In this document: positions 9,605 through 19,796 of the stretch, piece by piece
Layout: each line of letters begins with the position of its first letter
How positions within the stretch are numbered: the first letter of the stretch is position 1
Assembly (NCBI GenBank): GCA_049585815.1
Contig: JBAVAR010000011.1
Span: forward strand, 4,919-68,918
Reading direction: 5' to 3'
Length of the DNA: 64,000 bases
Source: Solirubrobacterales bacterium
Lineage (GTDB): Bacteria; Actinomycetota; Thermoleophilia; Solirubrobacterales; 70-9
Translations under genes and position numbers: made by a program
The notes under the pieces: generated by a model
Database searches by the model: none
What the model was told of the DNA's origin: nothing
What the model saw: the letters and a program-made list of their open reading frames with translations, nothing else

Positions 9605-10147
9605 CTACGCCGCCGTCCCGCCGATCGCCGCCGTCCCCGCACCCACGGCGGCGCCGACCCGGGCAGTGTCGACGGCCTGCTTGGCGATGTGACAGCAGAA
9701 GAGCAGGAGCAGGGGAGGCAGGTTGCCGGCGCCGGCCGCCTCGAGACGCACCGGGGTCGGCTCGGCGAGGGCCTCCAGCGTCGCTAGGGTTTCCCCCGCC
9801 TCAGAGACCGTGAAGATCCGGCCCAGCTGATGGTTGGCGCGCCAGTCCAGGGCCCGTTGCGGCAGACGCAGCTCGCCGCCGTAGATACCGCGAAGGCGCA
9901 GGAACCCCCGCGGGACGTAGCTCGCCACCAAACTTCCGTCCGCAGCGTTGACCGCGGTGATTGCCTGACCAAAACCCAAGAGCTTTCGCCGCAGTCTCCA
10001 GTTCTCCCCACCGGCCTCGATCAGCGCCCCGAAGCGCCGCTCGGTCTGGAGGGAGCCGAGGTCGCCGAGCACGTAGTGCCCGGGGCTGTCGCGGGTGAGC
10101 TCCAGGGAGGTCATCAATGATCGCGACGGTAGCAGTGCGCTCGACAT
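9605..10147 (-). CDS. Hypothetical protein with hydrophobic/Gly-Ala-rich C-terminus
   Basis: 180-aa ORF with good GC3 bias. I recognise no family. The C-terminal LPPLLLLFCCHIAKQAV...GAAVGAGTAAIGGTAA could be a membrane anchor. Confidence 0.5.
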   Translation of the reverse strand: MSSALLPSRSLMTSLELTRDSPGHYVLGDLGSLQTERRFGALIEAGGENWRLRRKLLGFGQAITAVNAADGSLVASYVPRGFLRLRGIYGGELRLPQRALDWRANHQLGRIFTVSEAGETLATLEALAEPTPVRLEAAGAGNLPPLLLLFCCHIAKQAVDTARVGAAVGAGTAAIGGTAA

Positions 10148-10541
10148 CCGCGCGGTCGTCTGAGATGGCTCTGCCCTCGTCTGAGTTCCCTACCCATCAG
10201 GAGAACCAAACCTCAATCTTTTTCAACCCCAGCGGTGAAGTGCCATGCTCACTGAAGTCCGGGGGGAAGGATCGGTGAACTCGCGGTCGGGCGGAGCCTC
10301 TGGAGCGAAAAGGTTCAGAGGGGGCGGTCGGCCACGGGCCCGGCCGGCCAAAACTTAGCGAATAGCTCGTTTAGCAAGGATGGAAATAGAGAGCTTCCAG
10401 CTGGAATGCGGCAAGGCACCAACTCAAATTCAGGAAACTGAAGACTGCAGAAGAGCGAGAAGTTTGTGCGCAGACGAGCGGGCTGGCCCTATGGTCTGAA
10501 TACGGGCGCCAGAATCGTCAGCGCCAGCGCGGCCGGAAATC

Positions 10542-10919
10542 TCACCCATTACGCTTGGCCGCATGGCGGCGGGAATAGAGCTTCTCCCGGATCGTCATAG
10601 CCCCCGGATGGCCCTCGCCGGGCCATGGCGTCAGCAGCAACAACAAGCGGGCCTTGGAGGAGGCGACGATTTCGTGACGCTCTGCCGGCGCAAACTCGAC
10701 CAACAGTCCCACGCCGCCGCCAACGCTAACCCCGGCGGTGGATTTGAACTCAACCTCGCCGTCGAGCACGATCAGCCATGCGCGCTCGTGAACCTCGTGG
10801 TCGGCAAGACTCTCACCGGCCGCCAAATCCAGCACGATCGCGCGCGCCGCATCGCTCGAAGAGAGTATTTCGGGAAGCCTAGGTTTGAGATCAAGCGCCC
10901 TGAGATCCCAGCTATTCAC
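10542..10919 (-). CDS. Cupin domain protein
   Basis: Part of ORF 10542..11018. A likely GTG start at 10919 gives VNSWDLRALDLKPRLPEIL...AIVLDLAAGESLADHEVHERAWLIVLDGEVEF...LVEFAPAERHEIVA, a two-motif cupin-like core. The start is uncertain. Confidence 0.6.
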   Translation of the reverse strand: MNSWDLRALDLKPRLPEILSSSDAARAIVLDLAAGESLADHEVHERAWLIVLDGEVEFKSTAGVSVGGGVGLLVEFAPAERHEIVASSKARLLLLLTPWPGEGHPGAMTIREKLYSRRHAAKRNG

Positions 10920-11087
10920 ATGTCTCTTTCTGTATTGCGGTCGTGGTCCCCGCCCGCCGCTTAGGCTAGCCGCAATTCCCGTCGCGCTGTGGATGACGAG
11001 TCCAGCTGCACCGATCACCCTGCGGATCGGTCCATGAAGTCTTGGGTCGGGTGCTACCGCGCTCCTCGTCTAGGCTTGCGAGGGAAG

Positions 11088-12125
11088 ATGGCTGACGATC
11101 GGGGTACGACGGTTCTGGTCACAGGTGGCTCCGGCTTCCTCGGCGGCTGGTGCGTGATCGGACTGCTGCAACGCGGCTACAGGGTGAGAGCGACGGTCCG
11201 CAGCCTCTCTCGCGAGGCTGACGTGCGAGCCACGGTCGGCTCTGAGTTGGACCCCGCGGATCGCCTAACGGTGCTCGCCGCAGACCTCACCAGCGACGTA
11301 GGCTGGCGGGAGGCGGTCGGGGGCTGCGAGTACGTGCTGCATGTCGCCTCCCCATTTCCCTCCAAGCAGCCAAAGGACCCGGACGAGTTGATCGTACCCG
11401 CCCGTGAGGGAACCCTCCGGGTTTTGCGTGCGGGCCTCGATGCCGGAGTAAAACGAGTCGTCCTCACCTCCTCGGTTGCCGCGATCAGGCTCAGCGGTGG
11501 AGCCGGCTCCAGGCCGCTCAACGAGGATGATTGGACCGACCCTGATGCTCCCGGCCTGACGCCCTACGTTCGCTCCAAGACAATCGCCGAGCGGGCAGCA
11601 TGGGATCTGGTGCGCGAACGGGGAGAGCAGGAGCGGTTGTCGGTCATCAACCCCGGCGCCATCATTGGACCGGTGCTGAACGACGACCTCTCCTTTTCTT
11701 TGCAGGCCGTGACGCGACTCCTGAATGGCATGCCTGGGATGCCGCGGCTGGGCTTCAGCCTGGTCGACGTCCGTGACGTCGCCGACCTCGAGATCACGGC
11801 AATGACAGCTCCCGATGCCGGCGGCCAGCGTTTCATCGCGGCCACCAAGTTCCTGTGGATGACCGAAATCGGCGCCGTCCTTCGCGAGCGCCTTGGCGAC
11901 GCGGCCACGAAGGTGCCAACTCGCACCGTCCCCGATCTCCTCGTGCGGGGCATGGCGCTATTTGATTCCGACATTCGATCCGTCATCGGCGGGCTTGGCG
12001 TGCGAACCGAGCTCTCCTCGGAGAAGGCGAGGGACACGCTCGGCTGGGCACCGCGCTCAATTGAAGACTCGATCGCCGAAACTGGCGAGAGCCTGATCCG
12101 TCAGACAGCTAGCGCTGCCGCTTGA
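11088..12125 (+). CDS. NAD(P)-dependent epimerase/dehydratase-type SDR (aldehyde reductase / dihydroflavonol-reductase-like)
   Basis: ATG 11088 follows gagggaag. The product reads MADDRGTTVLVTGGSGFLGGWCVIGLLQRGYRVRATVRS...VLHVASPF...YVRSKTIAERAAW (Rossmann TGxxGxxG and YxxxK). Confidence 0.85.
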   Translation: MADDRGTTVLVTGGSGFLGGWCVIGLLQRGYRVRATVRSLSREADVRATVGSELDPADRLTVLAADLTSDVGWREAVGGCEYVLHVASPFPSKQPKDPDELIVPAREGTLRVLRAGLDAGVKRVVLTSSVAAIRLSGGAGSRPLNEDDWTDPDAPGLTPYVRSKTIAERAAWDLVRERGEQERLSVINPGAIIGPVLNDDLSFSLQAVTRLLNGMPGMPRLGFSLVDVRDVADLEITAMTAPDAGGQRFIAATKFLWMTEIGAVLRERLGDAATKVPTRTVPDLLVRGMALFDSDIRSVIGGLGVRTELSSEKARDTLGWAPRSIEDSIAETGESLIRQTASAAA

Positions 12126-12401
12126 GCTAGGGGCACCCTGCGCCCACTTCCCCGGAGGAGGAGGCGTGTCAGTGCGCCTGCCAGCCTTGAGGTGGTCACC
12201 CGCAGGCAGAGCGCGGGACGGCGGCCATCGTGACGGACTCATCTCGATCGCGAGCGGGAAATCCGCTTGGGCCTCTGGGGAGCGAGCTTGCGAGACGCCG
12301 CCCGATCGCCCCATCGGTGACCTCCGCTGAGATCCAGCGATCATCCTTTCATTTGAGACAAGCACGCCGATCACCCCGACGGGTGCCTGCTGTCGGGCGG
12401 C

Positions 12402-12848
12402 CTAGGCGGCCAGCACGCGCGCGAGTGCCCGCCAACGGGCTTGGCGATAGCGATACATCAGCGCCGCGAACATTGCCGCCAGGGGCGTGAGCACCCGCCT
12501 GCGTGCTTGGATCTCGACGGTATCCGTGTAGCGACAGCTCGTGGGGGAGGTCGCTGCGAACGTGAGCCGGTGGTTCCACACTGCGATTGGCCCACCGTAC
12601 TCGTGCGAGACGATCTCCTCAGGCGTGAAGCGCTCAATGCGGATCTGATGCGTCCAACCAGGGATCATCCCCAGCCAGCGCAGATGCAGCGAAATGCACG
12701 CGCCCTCGACAATCCGCTCAGGCACCTGCGTCTCGGGGGTGATGGTCAGCCAGGGCCACAGCACATGCTGGATGGTCGCGGGGCGCTGCGCCAGCTCGTA
12801 CGCGCACCCGGCCGGGATGGAAAGTTCGGTGCCCACTGTGATTCGCAT
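12402..12848 (-). CDS. SRPBCC (cyclase/dehydrase-like) family protein
   Basis: 148 aa. ...HVLWPWLTITPE...ISLHLRWLGMIPGWTHQIRIERFTPEEIVSHEYGGPIAVWNHRLTFAA...CRYTDTVEI. It is divergent from a TetR gene. Confidence 0.6.
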   Translation of the reverse strand: MRITVGTELSIPAGCAYELAQRPATIQHVLWPWLTITPETQVPERIVEGACISLHLRWLGMIPGWTHQIRIERFTPEEIVSHEYGGPIAVWNHRLTFAATSPTSCRYTDTVEIQARRRVLTPLAAMFAALMYRYRQARWRALARVLAA

Positions 12849-12916
12849 CGCCGAGCGTATTATGAGTAATTATTCGTGTTTGACAACTCGCATTCGCATC
12901 GCCTGGGCCGGAGCAA

Positions 12917-13555
12917 GTGGCACAGCGCCTGAAGCCCTTGAAGGAGCCCAGGCAGGCTCGATCGCGAGAGACCTTTGATGCCATCCTGGCGGCAGCGGCT
13001 CAGGTTTTCGAGCGCCAGGGCTATGCGGGCGCGACCACAAATCGGATCGCGGAGCGAGCGGGCGTCTCGATCGGGTCGCTCTACCAGTACTTTCCCAACA
13101 AGGACGCCATCCTCTTCGCGTTGGCCGAGCGGCATCTGGAGCAGGGCAATCAGCTCCTCGCACCGCTCGTCGTTGACTTTGTGGCCGATCCACCACCGGT
13201 GCGCGAGGGCCTTGAACTGCTTTTTGGCGCGATGGTCGAGTTACACGCCGACTCACCACGCCTGCACCGGGTCCTCTTTGAGGAGTGCCCTCGCCCTGCC
13301 GCTCTACAGGAGCAACTCGATGCCACCTATCGAATCGCAGTCGAGGCGGTTGAGGTGTGGCTCTCCAGTCGCCGTGAGGTCGATGTTGCGGATCCGCGCC
13401 TTGCGGCGGAGCTCGTCATTCAGAGCGTCGAGGGGGTTACCCACGGCCTCGTGATCCATCCACGATCCGGCCGCAAGCCCACCGACTACGCTGCGGAGAC
13501 GGTGACCCTCCTTTCACGCTACCTCTGTCCGCGGGATCGCCGCGGCGGTGGCTGA
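12917..13555 (+). CDS. TetR/AcrR family transcriptional regulator
   Basis: RQARSRETFDAILAAAAQVFERQGYAGATTNRIAERAGVSIGSLYQYFPNKDAILFAL is the canonical TetR N-terminal HTH. Confidence 0.9.
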   Translation: MAQRLKPLKEPRQARSRETFDAILAAAAQVFERQGYAGATTNRIAERAGVSIGSLYQYFPNKDAILFALAERHLEQGNQLLAPLVVDFVADPPPVREGLELLFGAMVELHADSPRLHRVLFEECPRPAALQEQLDATYRIAVEAVEVWLSSRREVDVADPRLAAELVIQSVEGVTHGLVIHPRSGRKPTDYAAETVTLLSRYLCPRDRRGGG

Positions 13556-13617
13556 TCGAGGAACTCGAACCTCGCCTCCACAGGCAGTGGAAAACCTGCG
13601 GTCGAAGCGAGGGGGCG

Positions 13618-15648
13618 CTAAGGAAGGTTGAGGCGGAGCGCCTTCGACACCCGGGGTTCGTCGCCGCCGAGCGTGGCCTTGACGAGGACCAACAGTCTCC
13701 CTGGTAGCGCCTGGAGCCGCTTCCCGGCGCGGGTCAGCTTCAGGGTCACCTTCTCGGCGGCGCCGGTCTGGAGTGTCAGATTTGCATGGGCGACGATCAC
13801 GGCCCGCTTGCCTGAGCGGGCCGTCGCGATCAGCCTGCCGTGGCACGGCGCCGTGATGCAATGGACCTTGAACTCCAGGCGGCCGAGGTGCTTGAACGTC
13901 AGGTAAGGATGCTCGAGGCCGCCGGGAGCGGACGTAGTCGTGATGGTCCGGTCGGCGCCGAACGCGGTCCCGGTCCCGTTCGTCACCACCACGCGAAAAT
14001 GGTAGGTCGTTCCCGCAGTGAGTCCTGCGATTGCCGCGGCGAAGTGGACCCCGCGGGTGGTTGCTTCGATCGGCTTGGCAGGGGTCTTCGAGCCGTAGGC
14101 GGTGGTCGGTCCATATTCGAAGCTGACGCTGCCGGGCGCCAAATCTGGGTTGGTCGCCGCTCCGGCCAGACTCGCGCCGTTCATGCCAACCGCGCTTGCC
14201 GCTTCGGTGGTCGCGCTCGGTGTTGCCACCTCGAAGGCACCAATGTCACAGGCCGCGCCGGCCGGCCGCAGCACTCCCCGGCCGTCGGTGGCGGGGCAGC
14301 CCGCCGCGCCCCCGGCGTCGATCGCCGGACTGCCCTGCTGCAGAGCCGCCGTCTCCACCGGCCCGCCGTTTTCGGCAAGGGGCCCGACCTTCGGATCGGT
14401 TTCGACCTGATCTCCAGGTCCGTCGAAATCGCATTGGGTCAGGCTGTCGATGTTGTGGCCGAGCGAGATGAGTTCGCCGCCGGGATGAGGGATCGCGCAG
14501 TTCTGACCGCCCCCGCGGACGGTGCCTTCGGCGAAGAGCGAGTTCTCGGCTTCGACCCGTCCACCGGCGTAGAGGTCGCCGCCTTCCGTTGTCAGCGTCG
14601 TCCCTTCGCCATCGACCGCATTGCCGACCAAGGTCGAGTTGACGATAGTTGCAGTCCCGCCGGTGTCAAGACCTCCGCCGAGCGCCACCCCTTCTTTTAC
14701 GTTCTCGGTGATGGAATTGTCGGCGATCGTGGTGTTGATGATCGCCGTCCCCGTCCCGGCGATCAAGGCTCCACCCCCGTAAAGGCCGATGTGTTCTTCG
14801 GCGGTCGGTTCGTTCATAAACGCGCGGTTTCTGGCGATGGTGGCGCCTTCGATCGTGTCGTCGGTACCACCCAGGATCTCCAGTCCGGCGCCTTCCCCGA
14901 GGATCATCACGTTGCCGATCGGGCGGACTTCGTTGCCCGTGATCGCGACGTGTGAGATAGAGGCCTTCGTGCCGTCGAAGTAGAGGCCGCCGCCGAACAT
15001 GCTGAAACCTTCCGACGTGTTCCCTTTGATCGAACCGCCTTCGATCGTCAGGTTCGCACCTTCCACATTTACACCGGCGCCCCAGTTGTGGAGCCCGTGA
15101 ATTCGGTTGTCGGAAACGACCGTGTCACGGAGGGTGAGACTGGTGGCGCCGGAGGACGCGATGCCCGCCCCATATGGAAAGCCGGTGGAGCCGGTTTCGA
15201 TTTCGTTCTCGTCGAACAGGGAGTTGGCAACAGTCAGGTTGCCGCCCCTCTGATCGATCCCGGCGCCGGCGGCTTCCTGTCCCGGGAAGTCGAGTTTCCC
15301 TTCGGCGATCTGCACACCCTCGATCGTCACGGTCGGGGAGCCGTTGATGATGATCACCCGCGAGTGACGTCCTGCGCTGATCGTCGTCTGCCCGGCCCCG
15401 GCCCCTTCGATCGTCAGTGAGTTGAAGATTTCCAGCTGACCGCTGGTCAGTGAGATCTCGCCGACCGAGGCGGGGATCACGATTGTCCCGCCGGGGTCGA
15501 CTTCTTCGATCGCTTTGCGCAGCGAGCCCGCCCCAGAGTCGTTTCCGTTCTGAACCACGACTGTCGGCGCTGCCGCTGCCGTGCCGGCGGGGAGCAGGGC
15601 CAGTGTTCCCATCACGAGCGCCGTCTTGAGAGCGATTCGTTGCCCCAT
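13618..15648 (-). CDS. Secreted right-handed beta-helix protein (GSLR.AI N-terminal motif, choice-of-anchor-Q-like end), plus one Fn3-like YG.T.AYG unit and a ~100-aa C-terminal domain
   Basis: Signal peptide MGQRIALKTALVMGTLALLPAGTAAAA. This is followed by NGNDSGAGSLRKAIEEV, then many G-x-rich parallel beta-helix turns (N.I.GN..., GGG(L/A)...). The helix region ends ...CPATDGRGVLRPAGAACDIGAFEV. Next comes SVSFEYGPTTAYGSKT...GLTAGTTYHFRVVVTNGTGTAFG, and the protein ends ...VTLKLTRAGKRLQALPGRLLVLVKATL... Confidence 0.85.
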   Translation of the reverse strand: MGQRIALKTALVMGTLALLPAGTAAAAPTVVVQNGNDSGAGSLRKAIEEVDPGGTIVIPASVGEISLTSGQLEIFNSLTIEGAGAGQTTISAGRHSRVIIINGSPTVTIEGVQIAEGKLDFPGQEAAGAGIDQRGGNLTVANSLFDENEIETGSTGFPYGAGIASSGATSLTLRDTVVSDNRIHGLHNWGAGVNVEGANLTIEGGSIKGNTSEGFSMFGGGLYFDGTKASISHVAITGNEVRPIGNVMILGEGAGLEILGGTDDTIEGATIARNRAFMNEPTAEEHIGLYGGGALIAGTGTAIINTTIADNSITENVKEGVALGGGLDTGGTATIVNSTLVGNAVDGEGTTLTTEGGDLYAGGRVEAENSLFAEGTVRGGGQNCAIPHPGGELISLGHNIDSLTQCDFDGPGDQVETDPKVGPLAENGGPVETAALQQGSPAIDAGGAAGCPATDGRGVLRPAGAACDIGAFEVATPSATTEAASAVGMNGASLAGAATNPDLAPGSVSFEYGPTTAYGSKTPAKPIEATTRGVHFAAAIAGLTAGTTYHFRVVVTNGTGTAFGADRTITTTSAPGGLEHPYLTFKHLGRLEFKVHCITAPCHGRLIATARSGKRAVIVAHANLTLQTGAAEKVTLKLTRAGKRLQALPGRLLVLVKATLGGDEPRVSKALRLNLP

Positions 15649-15752
15649 TACCTTCTCCGCCCGATCCTAACCACTTCCCCCGGATAAACAAAGGGACTTG
15701 AAGACGACGGCCCGGAGTGTCGGCCCGGCCGTTCGCATTGCAATTCTAGTCA

Positions 15753-17024
15753 TCAGCTGACCGGAGCCGCGGTCGGACCTCGAGGACGGTCCTGGTGCGC
15801 TGGTGCACCCTCCATTGGCGGGCGACGTTTCCCCGCGACAGCTTGACACCATCTGCTGTAGCGACCCACCAGTGGCGAAGCAGAGAGCCCATGGAGAAAA
15901 ACCGAAAGACCGACCGTCAAGTAGGTGGCCGTGAGTAGTGTGTCCCCTTGGGCCCGATATGTGTCCTCGACGATAACCGCGAAGACGATCGATGCGAGCC
16001 CGCGTGGGCCAAACCAGCCGATGAATGCCACTGTCGCTCTCTGCGCATGAGTGCCCCACAACGAGATCGCCACCGGCACCATCCGCACGACGGTGAGACT
16101 CAGCAACGCGTACAGCACGATCTGCCAACTGACATGCTCAAGCATCGGGCCAAGCAGAACGGCACCGAAGACCAGGAATGTGATGGTGTCCAGCATTGCA
16201 CCACTCTCCTCGGTAAAACGCATCATCCGATCGACGTCGTGGTGGGCAAACAGGCCAAACAAAGCGCCCGCCGTGAAGGCGGCAATGAAGCCCGATCCGC
16301 CAAAAGCCTCCGCGATCCCGTAAGCAAGGACGGCCGCGGCCACCGGGATGATCTGACGCCATGAATCCTCGATCAGGCGCCTTGCGCCGGCGGCAACCAC
16401 GATCCAGGCAGCGAGTGCTGCCGCCATGAAACCCCCGATCAACCCATATCCGATCTCCTTGCCAATCACCTGTGCGGCGTGAGGTGGCCCGCCAGAGGAC
16501 GTGGCGAGGACGATCAACAGCAGCGGCACACAGATCCCGTCATTGAGGCCACTCTCGACGTTGAGCGACTGGCGCACACGCTGGGGGAGCCTCGTATCTG
16601 TGACAACCGCGCTGCCGAGACCGGCATCGGTCGGCGCGAGGATCACACCGAGAATCAAAGCCTCGCTGAGTGAAAACGAGCGAAAGAGGATGAGTGCAAC
16701 GGCTGCGCCAAGGACGATGGTCAGCGGCAATCCGACCCCAAGTAATCGACCAGGGAGTGATGCTTCGCGCCGCAGTGCGCGCAAATTGATGCGGGATGCA
16801 TCCGAGAACAGCACCACCGCAAGCGTTGCTTCGGCAAGCTTTCGCACCGTTGAGCTGGTTGGTCCCAATGTGAGGTCATTGAGCACCAGTGGGCCGACGA
16901 GAACGCCGACCGCCACCACCACCATCGCTGGCGTGATCGGCGAGGTCGACAATCGTTGCGAGACCCCGGCGAGGAGCAGCAGCGTAAGTCCGAGCGTCGC
17001 GAGGCCCCAGTTCACGGCTGTCAA
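15753..17024 (-). CDS. Cation:proton antiporter (Na+/H+ exchanger, CPA1-type)
   Basis: 423 aa and 10 or more hydrophobic helices. ...FSDASRINLRALRRE...PTDAGLGSAVV...LNVESGLNDGICVPLLL... are typical Na_H_Exchanger blocks. Confidence 0.85.
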   Translation of the reverse strand: MTAVNWGLATLGLTLLLLAGVSQRLSTSPITPAMVVVAVGVLVGPLVLNDLTLGPTSSTVRKLAEATLAVVLFSDASRINLRALRREASLPGRLLGVGLPLTIVLGAAVALILFRSFSLSEALILGVILAPTDAGLGSAVVTDTRLPQRVRQSLNVESGLNDGICVPLLLIVLATSSGGPPHAAQVIGKEIGYGLIGGFMAAALAAWIVVAAGARRLIEDSWRQIIPVAAAVLAYGIAEAFGGSGFIAAFTAGALFGLFAHHDVDRMMRFTEESGAMLDTITFLVFGAVLLGPMLEHVSWQIVLYALLSLTVVRMVPVAISLWGTHAQRATVAFIGWFGPRGLASIVFAVIVEDTYRAQGDTLLTATYLTVGLSVFLHGLSASPLVGRYSRWCQAVAGKRRPPMEGAPAHQDRPRGPTAAPVS

Positions 17025-18096
17025 GATATATCGCGGCCCGCCGCGTCCGGGAGGGCAGCATGAAGAGTCCTAACGGCTGGATCACGCTGATTGGGCTCAG
17101 TAGCCCTCCTCGGTAGCCCTCTGATCAGGAGGCCCGTCTTACGTAATGCCCTAAAAAGCTCCCGAACTTCGTTCGACTACCGGCTATGGAGGCGACGACG
17201 GTGGCGCACTTTACATCGCGTTTTGCCGTGAACTTTGACCCGTATGCGGCCCCTCTTGCACCGCAATCCGATAGGCGACGTCGGAGTCGGATCTTCGACT
17301 GGCGGCACGACATCGACGTGCAAGTCCTGTTCGGAGAGGAGATAATCAGGAGATTCCAGGGCAGCCGTGGAGGCGGGTGGGGCCGGGCGGGAATTCGAAT
17401 CGGTTTTGGCTGCGGTGAAATGGCTCGCGTAAAGACAGATTCAATAATCGTTGACACCTTCAAGGGCGAGGTGAAGGGGACCGCTCTGGGCAGATCCATT
17501 CCCAATCGATTCAAGGCTCCAGATGCAGCGTTCGGGGTGCCAGCCAGGAGGCGGTGGTGGCATATTCGGAGGATGCCCCGCGACTTCCAAGAGCCATAAC
17601 CAAACTGGGGGACAGGAGGTTCGCTGCGGAGGTGGGGGCGCAAGGGTGGCGGTCGCCGACCACGCGCAAACCCGGTTCGCCCGCAGGGCATTCGTTGTAT
17701 GAAACGGAGAGATTCTGGACCGCAGCGGCTGAGAGGTCTGGTGCTACGACGACACCTTCGATCGAGCCAGTTGTCGCAGATGCTGAAGCAGGGGCAAGGA
17801 AGAGCAGGAGGGCGACGGTGACCTAGACTGCGCAGCAGTCGACTCTTGGCCTCACGGGATAAGGGTAGTCAGGCATCTGAACGTGTCAAATTTGCCGGGG
17901 GTCGCCCCATTGGCAGGTTGCGCCGAGCAAAGGCGGGCAGAGGCGGGTCGGAGTCGTGGCCCAAGCCATTACCCGCCGGCGGTAGCGAGAGATGGATCTT
18001 CGCCCGCTATAGAGAAACGGCCTTTGCGTGTTTCGAGTTAGCTGCCGCGGATCGGAGCGAGGCCCAAAAGAGACGCCTTCTGGGAACATCTCGGCG

Positions 18097-19668
18097 ATGC
18101 AGGGCGGAGAGAGCATTGAGCGGGACGATCTTGCGGAGGTATTGGAGCGTCGCAAGTTGACCCAGGATGAGGCACGGCCGGATGCAGTCGAACGCCGCCA
18201 TGAGAGAGGTGCACGGACGGCACGGGAAAACATCGCCGATCTCGTCGACCCCGGGTCCTTCGTCGAGTACGGAAGGTTTGCGATCGCTGGTCAGCGAGCG
18301 CGCCGCGATCTCCAGGAACTAGTCGAGCGCACCCCGGCGGATGGCCTCGTGGCTGGTACGGCTCGCGTCAATGGACACCTTTTCGGAGAGGACTGCGCCT
18401 GCGCTGTGCTTGCCTACGACTACACCGTCTTGGCTGGGACTCAGGGTGTGCTGGGCCATCGGAAGAAGGATCGGCTCTTCGAGCTGATCGATCGCATGCG
18501 GCTACCGACGGTCTTCTTCGCCGAGGGCGGCGGGGGGCGACCGGGCGACTCGGACTATCCCGTCGTCTCCGCACTTGACACCAGAGCCTTTGCGCTCTGG
18601 GCCGGGCTTTCGGGCCGCGTGCCCCGCATCGCTGTTGTTGCGGGTCGCTGCTTCGCGGGAAACGCTGTGATCGCCGGATGTGCGGACCTGATTGTGGCAA
18701 CGGAGAACGTCTCGCTGGGCATGGGAGGCCCCGCCATGATCGAGGGAGGGGGCCTGGGCAAGGTCCATCCCGATGAGGTTGGGCCACTCGAAATGCAAGC
18801 GCGCAACGGGGTCATAGACGTAGCCGTCGTCAACGAGCAGGCCGCCACGGCGGTTACGAAGCGATTGCTGGCCTACTTCCAGGGCGCTACGGAAACAACG
18901 CACACGCCCGACCAAAACTACCTCCGGGAACTCGTCCCTGAACGCCAACGACGCGCCTACGCGGTGCAACCGATCATCGAAACGCTTGCCGACCATGAAT
19001 CGGTCACCTTCTTGCGGGAGCGCTTTGCGCCAGAGATGGTCACCGCGCTCGCGCGGATCGAGGGACGCCCGCTTGGTTTGATCGCAAACGACACCCGTCA
19101 CATGGCGGGAGCGGTAACCAGCGACGCCGCCGATAAGGCCGCCAGGTTTATGCAGCTATGCGACGCATTTGGACTGCCCATGGTTTCCTTGGTCGATACA
19201 CCAGGAATGATGGTGGGCCCTGAGGCGGAGGCGACTGGCTTGGTGCGGCACGCATCGCGACTTCTGGTCGCCGGGGCGGCGCTTCGTGTCCCACTCGTCG
19301 CCGTAATTCTGCGGCGGGGCTATGGCCTCGGCGCCCAGGCAATGGTGGGGGGCAGCCTGCATGAGCCGCTTCTCACCCTGGCCTGGCCGACGGCTCATCT
19401 CGGCCCGATGGGCCTGGAGGGTGCGGTCAGACTGGCGCTCCGCAAGGAGCTTGATGCCATCGCTGACGAGGGGGAGCGCGAGCAGCGGATCCGCGACCTC
19501 ACTGAGGCAGCAGAGCGAAACGCACAGGCACTGAACGCCGCAGCCTTATTCGAGATCGATGACGTCATCGATCCAACGGAGACGCGGTCTCTGATCGCCT
19601 CAACGCTCGGAGCGGCTGCGCAGGGGGCCGAGCCTGCGCGCTTGCGCAGATTCGTCGATACGTGGTAG
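18097..19668 (+). CDS. Acyl-CoA carboxylase carboxyltransferase (beta) subunit family protein
   Basis: From ATG 18097: ...RHERGARTARENIADLVDPGSFVEYG...ADGLVAGTARVNG...VLAYDYTVLAGTQG...GGARPGD...MVSLVDTPGMMVGPEAE...LVAVILRRGYGLG. Both carboxyl-transferase half-domains are present. Confidence 0.85.
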   Translation: MQGGESIERDDLAEVLERRKLTQDEARPDAVERRHERGARTARENIADLVDPGSFVEYGRFAIAGQRARRDLQELVERTPADGLVAGTARVNGHLFGEDCACAVLAYDYTVLAGTQGVLGHRKKDRLFELIDRMRLPTVFFAEGGGGRPGDSDYPVVSALDTRAFALWAGLSGRVPRIAVVAGRCFAGNAVIAGCADLIVATENVSLGMGGPAMIEGGGLGKVHPDEVGPLEMQARNGVIDVAVVNEQAATAVTKRLLAYFQGATETTHTPDQNYLRELVPERQRRAYAVQPIIETLADHESVTFLRERFAPEMVTALARIEGRPLGLIANDTRHMAGAVTSDAADKAARFMQLCDAFGLPMVSLVDTPGMMVGPEAEATGLVRHASRLLVAGAALRVPLVAVILRRGYGLGAQAMVGGSLHEPLLTLAWPTAHLGPMGLEGAVRLALRKELDAIADEGEREQRIRDLTEAAERNAQALNAAALFEIDDVIDPTETRSLIASTLGAAAQGAEPARLRRFVDTW

Positions 19669-19796
19669 AGGGGGGCGCATTCGGAGAGTCGCTGAGCCCG
19701 TCGGGACTCCCCTAACTTTTCGCGCTGAGCTGCCGATCACGGGTTGGCATGGAGGCTGGCTAGCCTCAAGGCAGCGATACTCCCACCGAGGGAAAG

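Noticed and set aside
10148-10541. This is an ORF-free, lower-G+C 390-nt region. It holds a perfect 12-bp palindrome TTCCAGCTGGAA (10395-10406), a CCTCTG...CAGAGG hairpin and a duplicated cgtctgag.
   Set aside because: It could hold a promoter, operator or sRNA for 9605..10147. However, I cannot recognise any riboswitch or ncRNA family by eye, and single palindromes of this size occur by chance. I note it only.
17090-18030. This is an ORF-poor 0.9-kb gap. ORFs 17125..17691 (-) and 17186..17599 (+) lie in it, along with a minus-strand stretch VTVALLLFLAPASASATTGSIEGVVVAPD... that looks like a signal peptide plus a carboxypeptidase-regulatory-like start.
   Set aside because: No start codon precedes the signal-like stretch (a TAG is immediately upstream). 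The frame ends after about 100 codons, and the listed ORFs are compositional junk. At best it is a relic of a secreted-protein gene and is not supportable as a feature.
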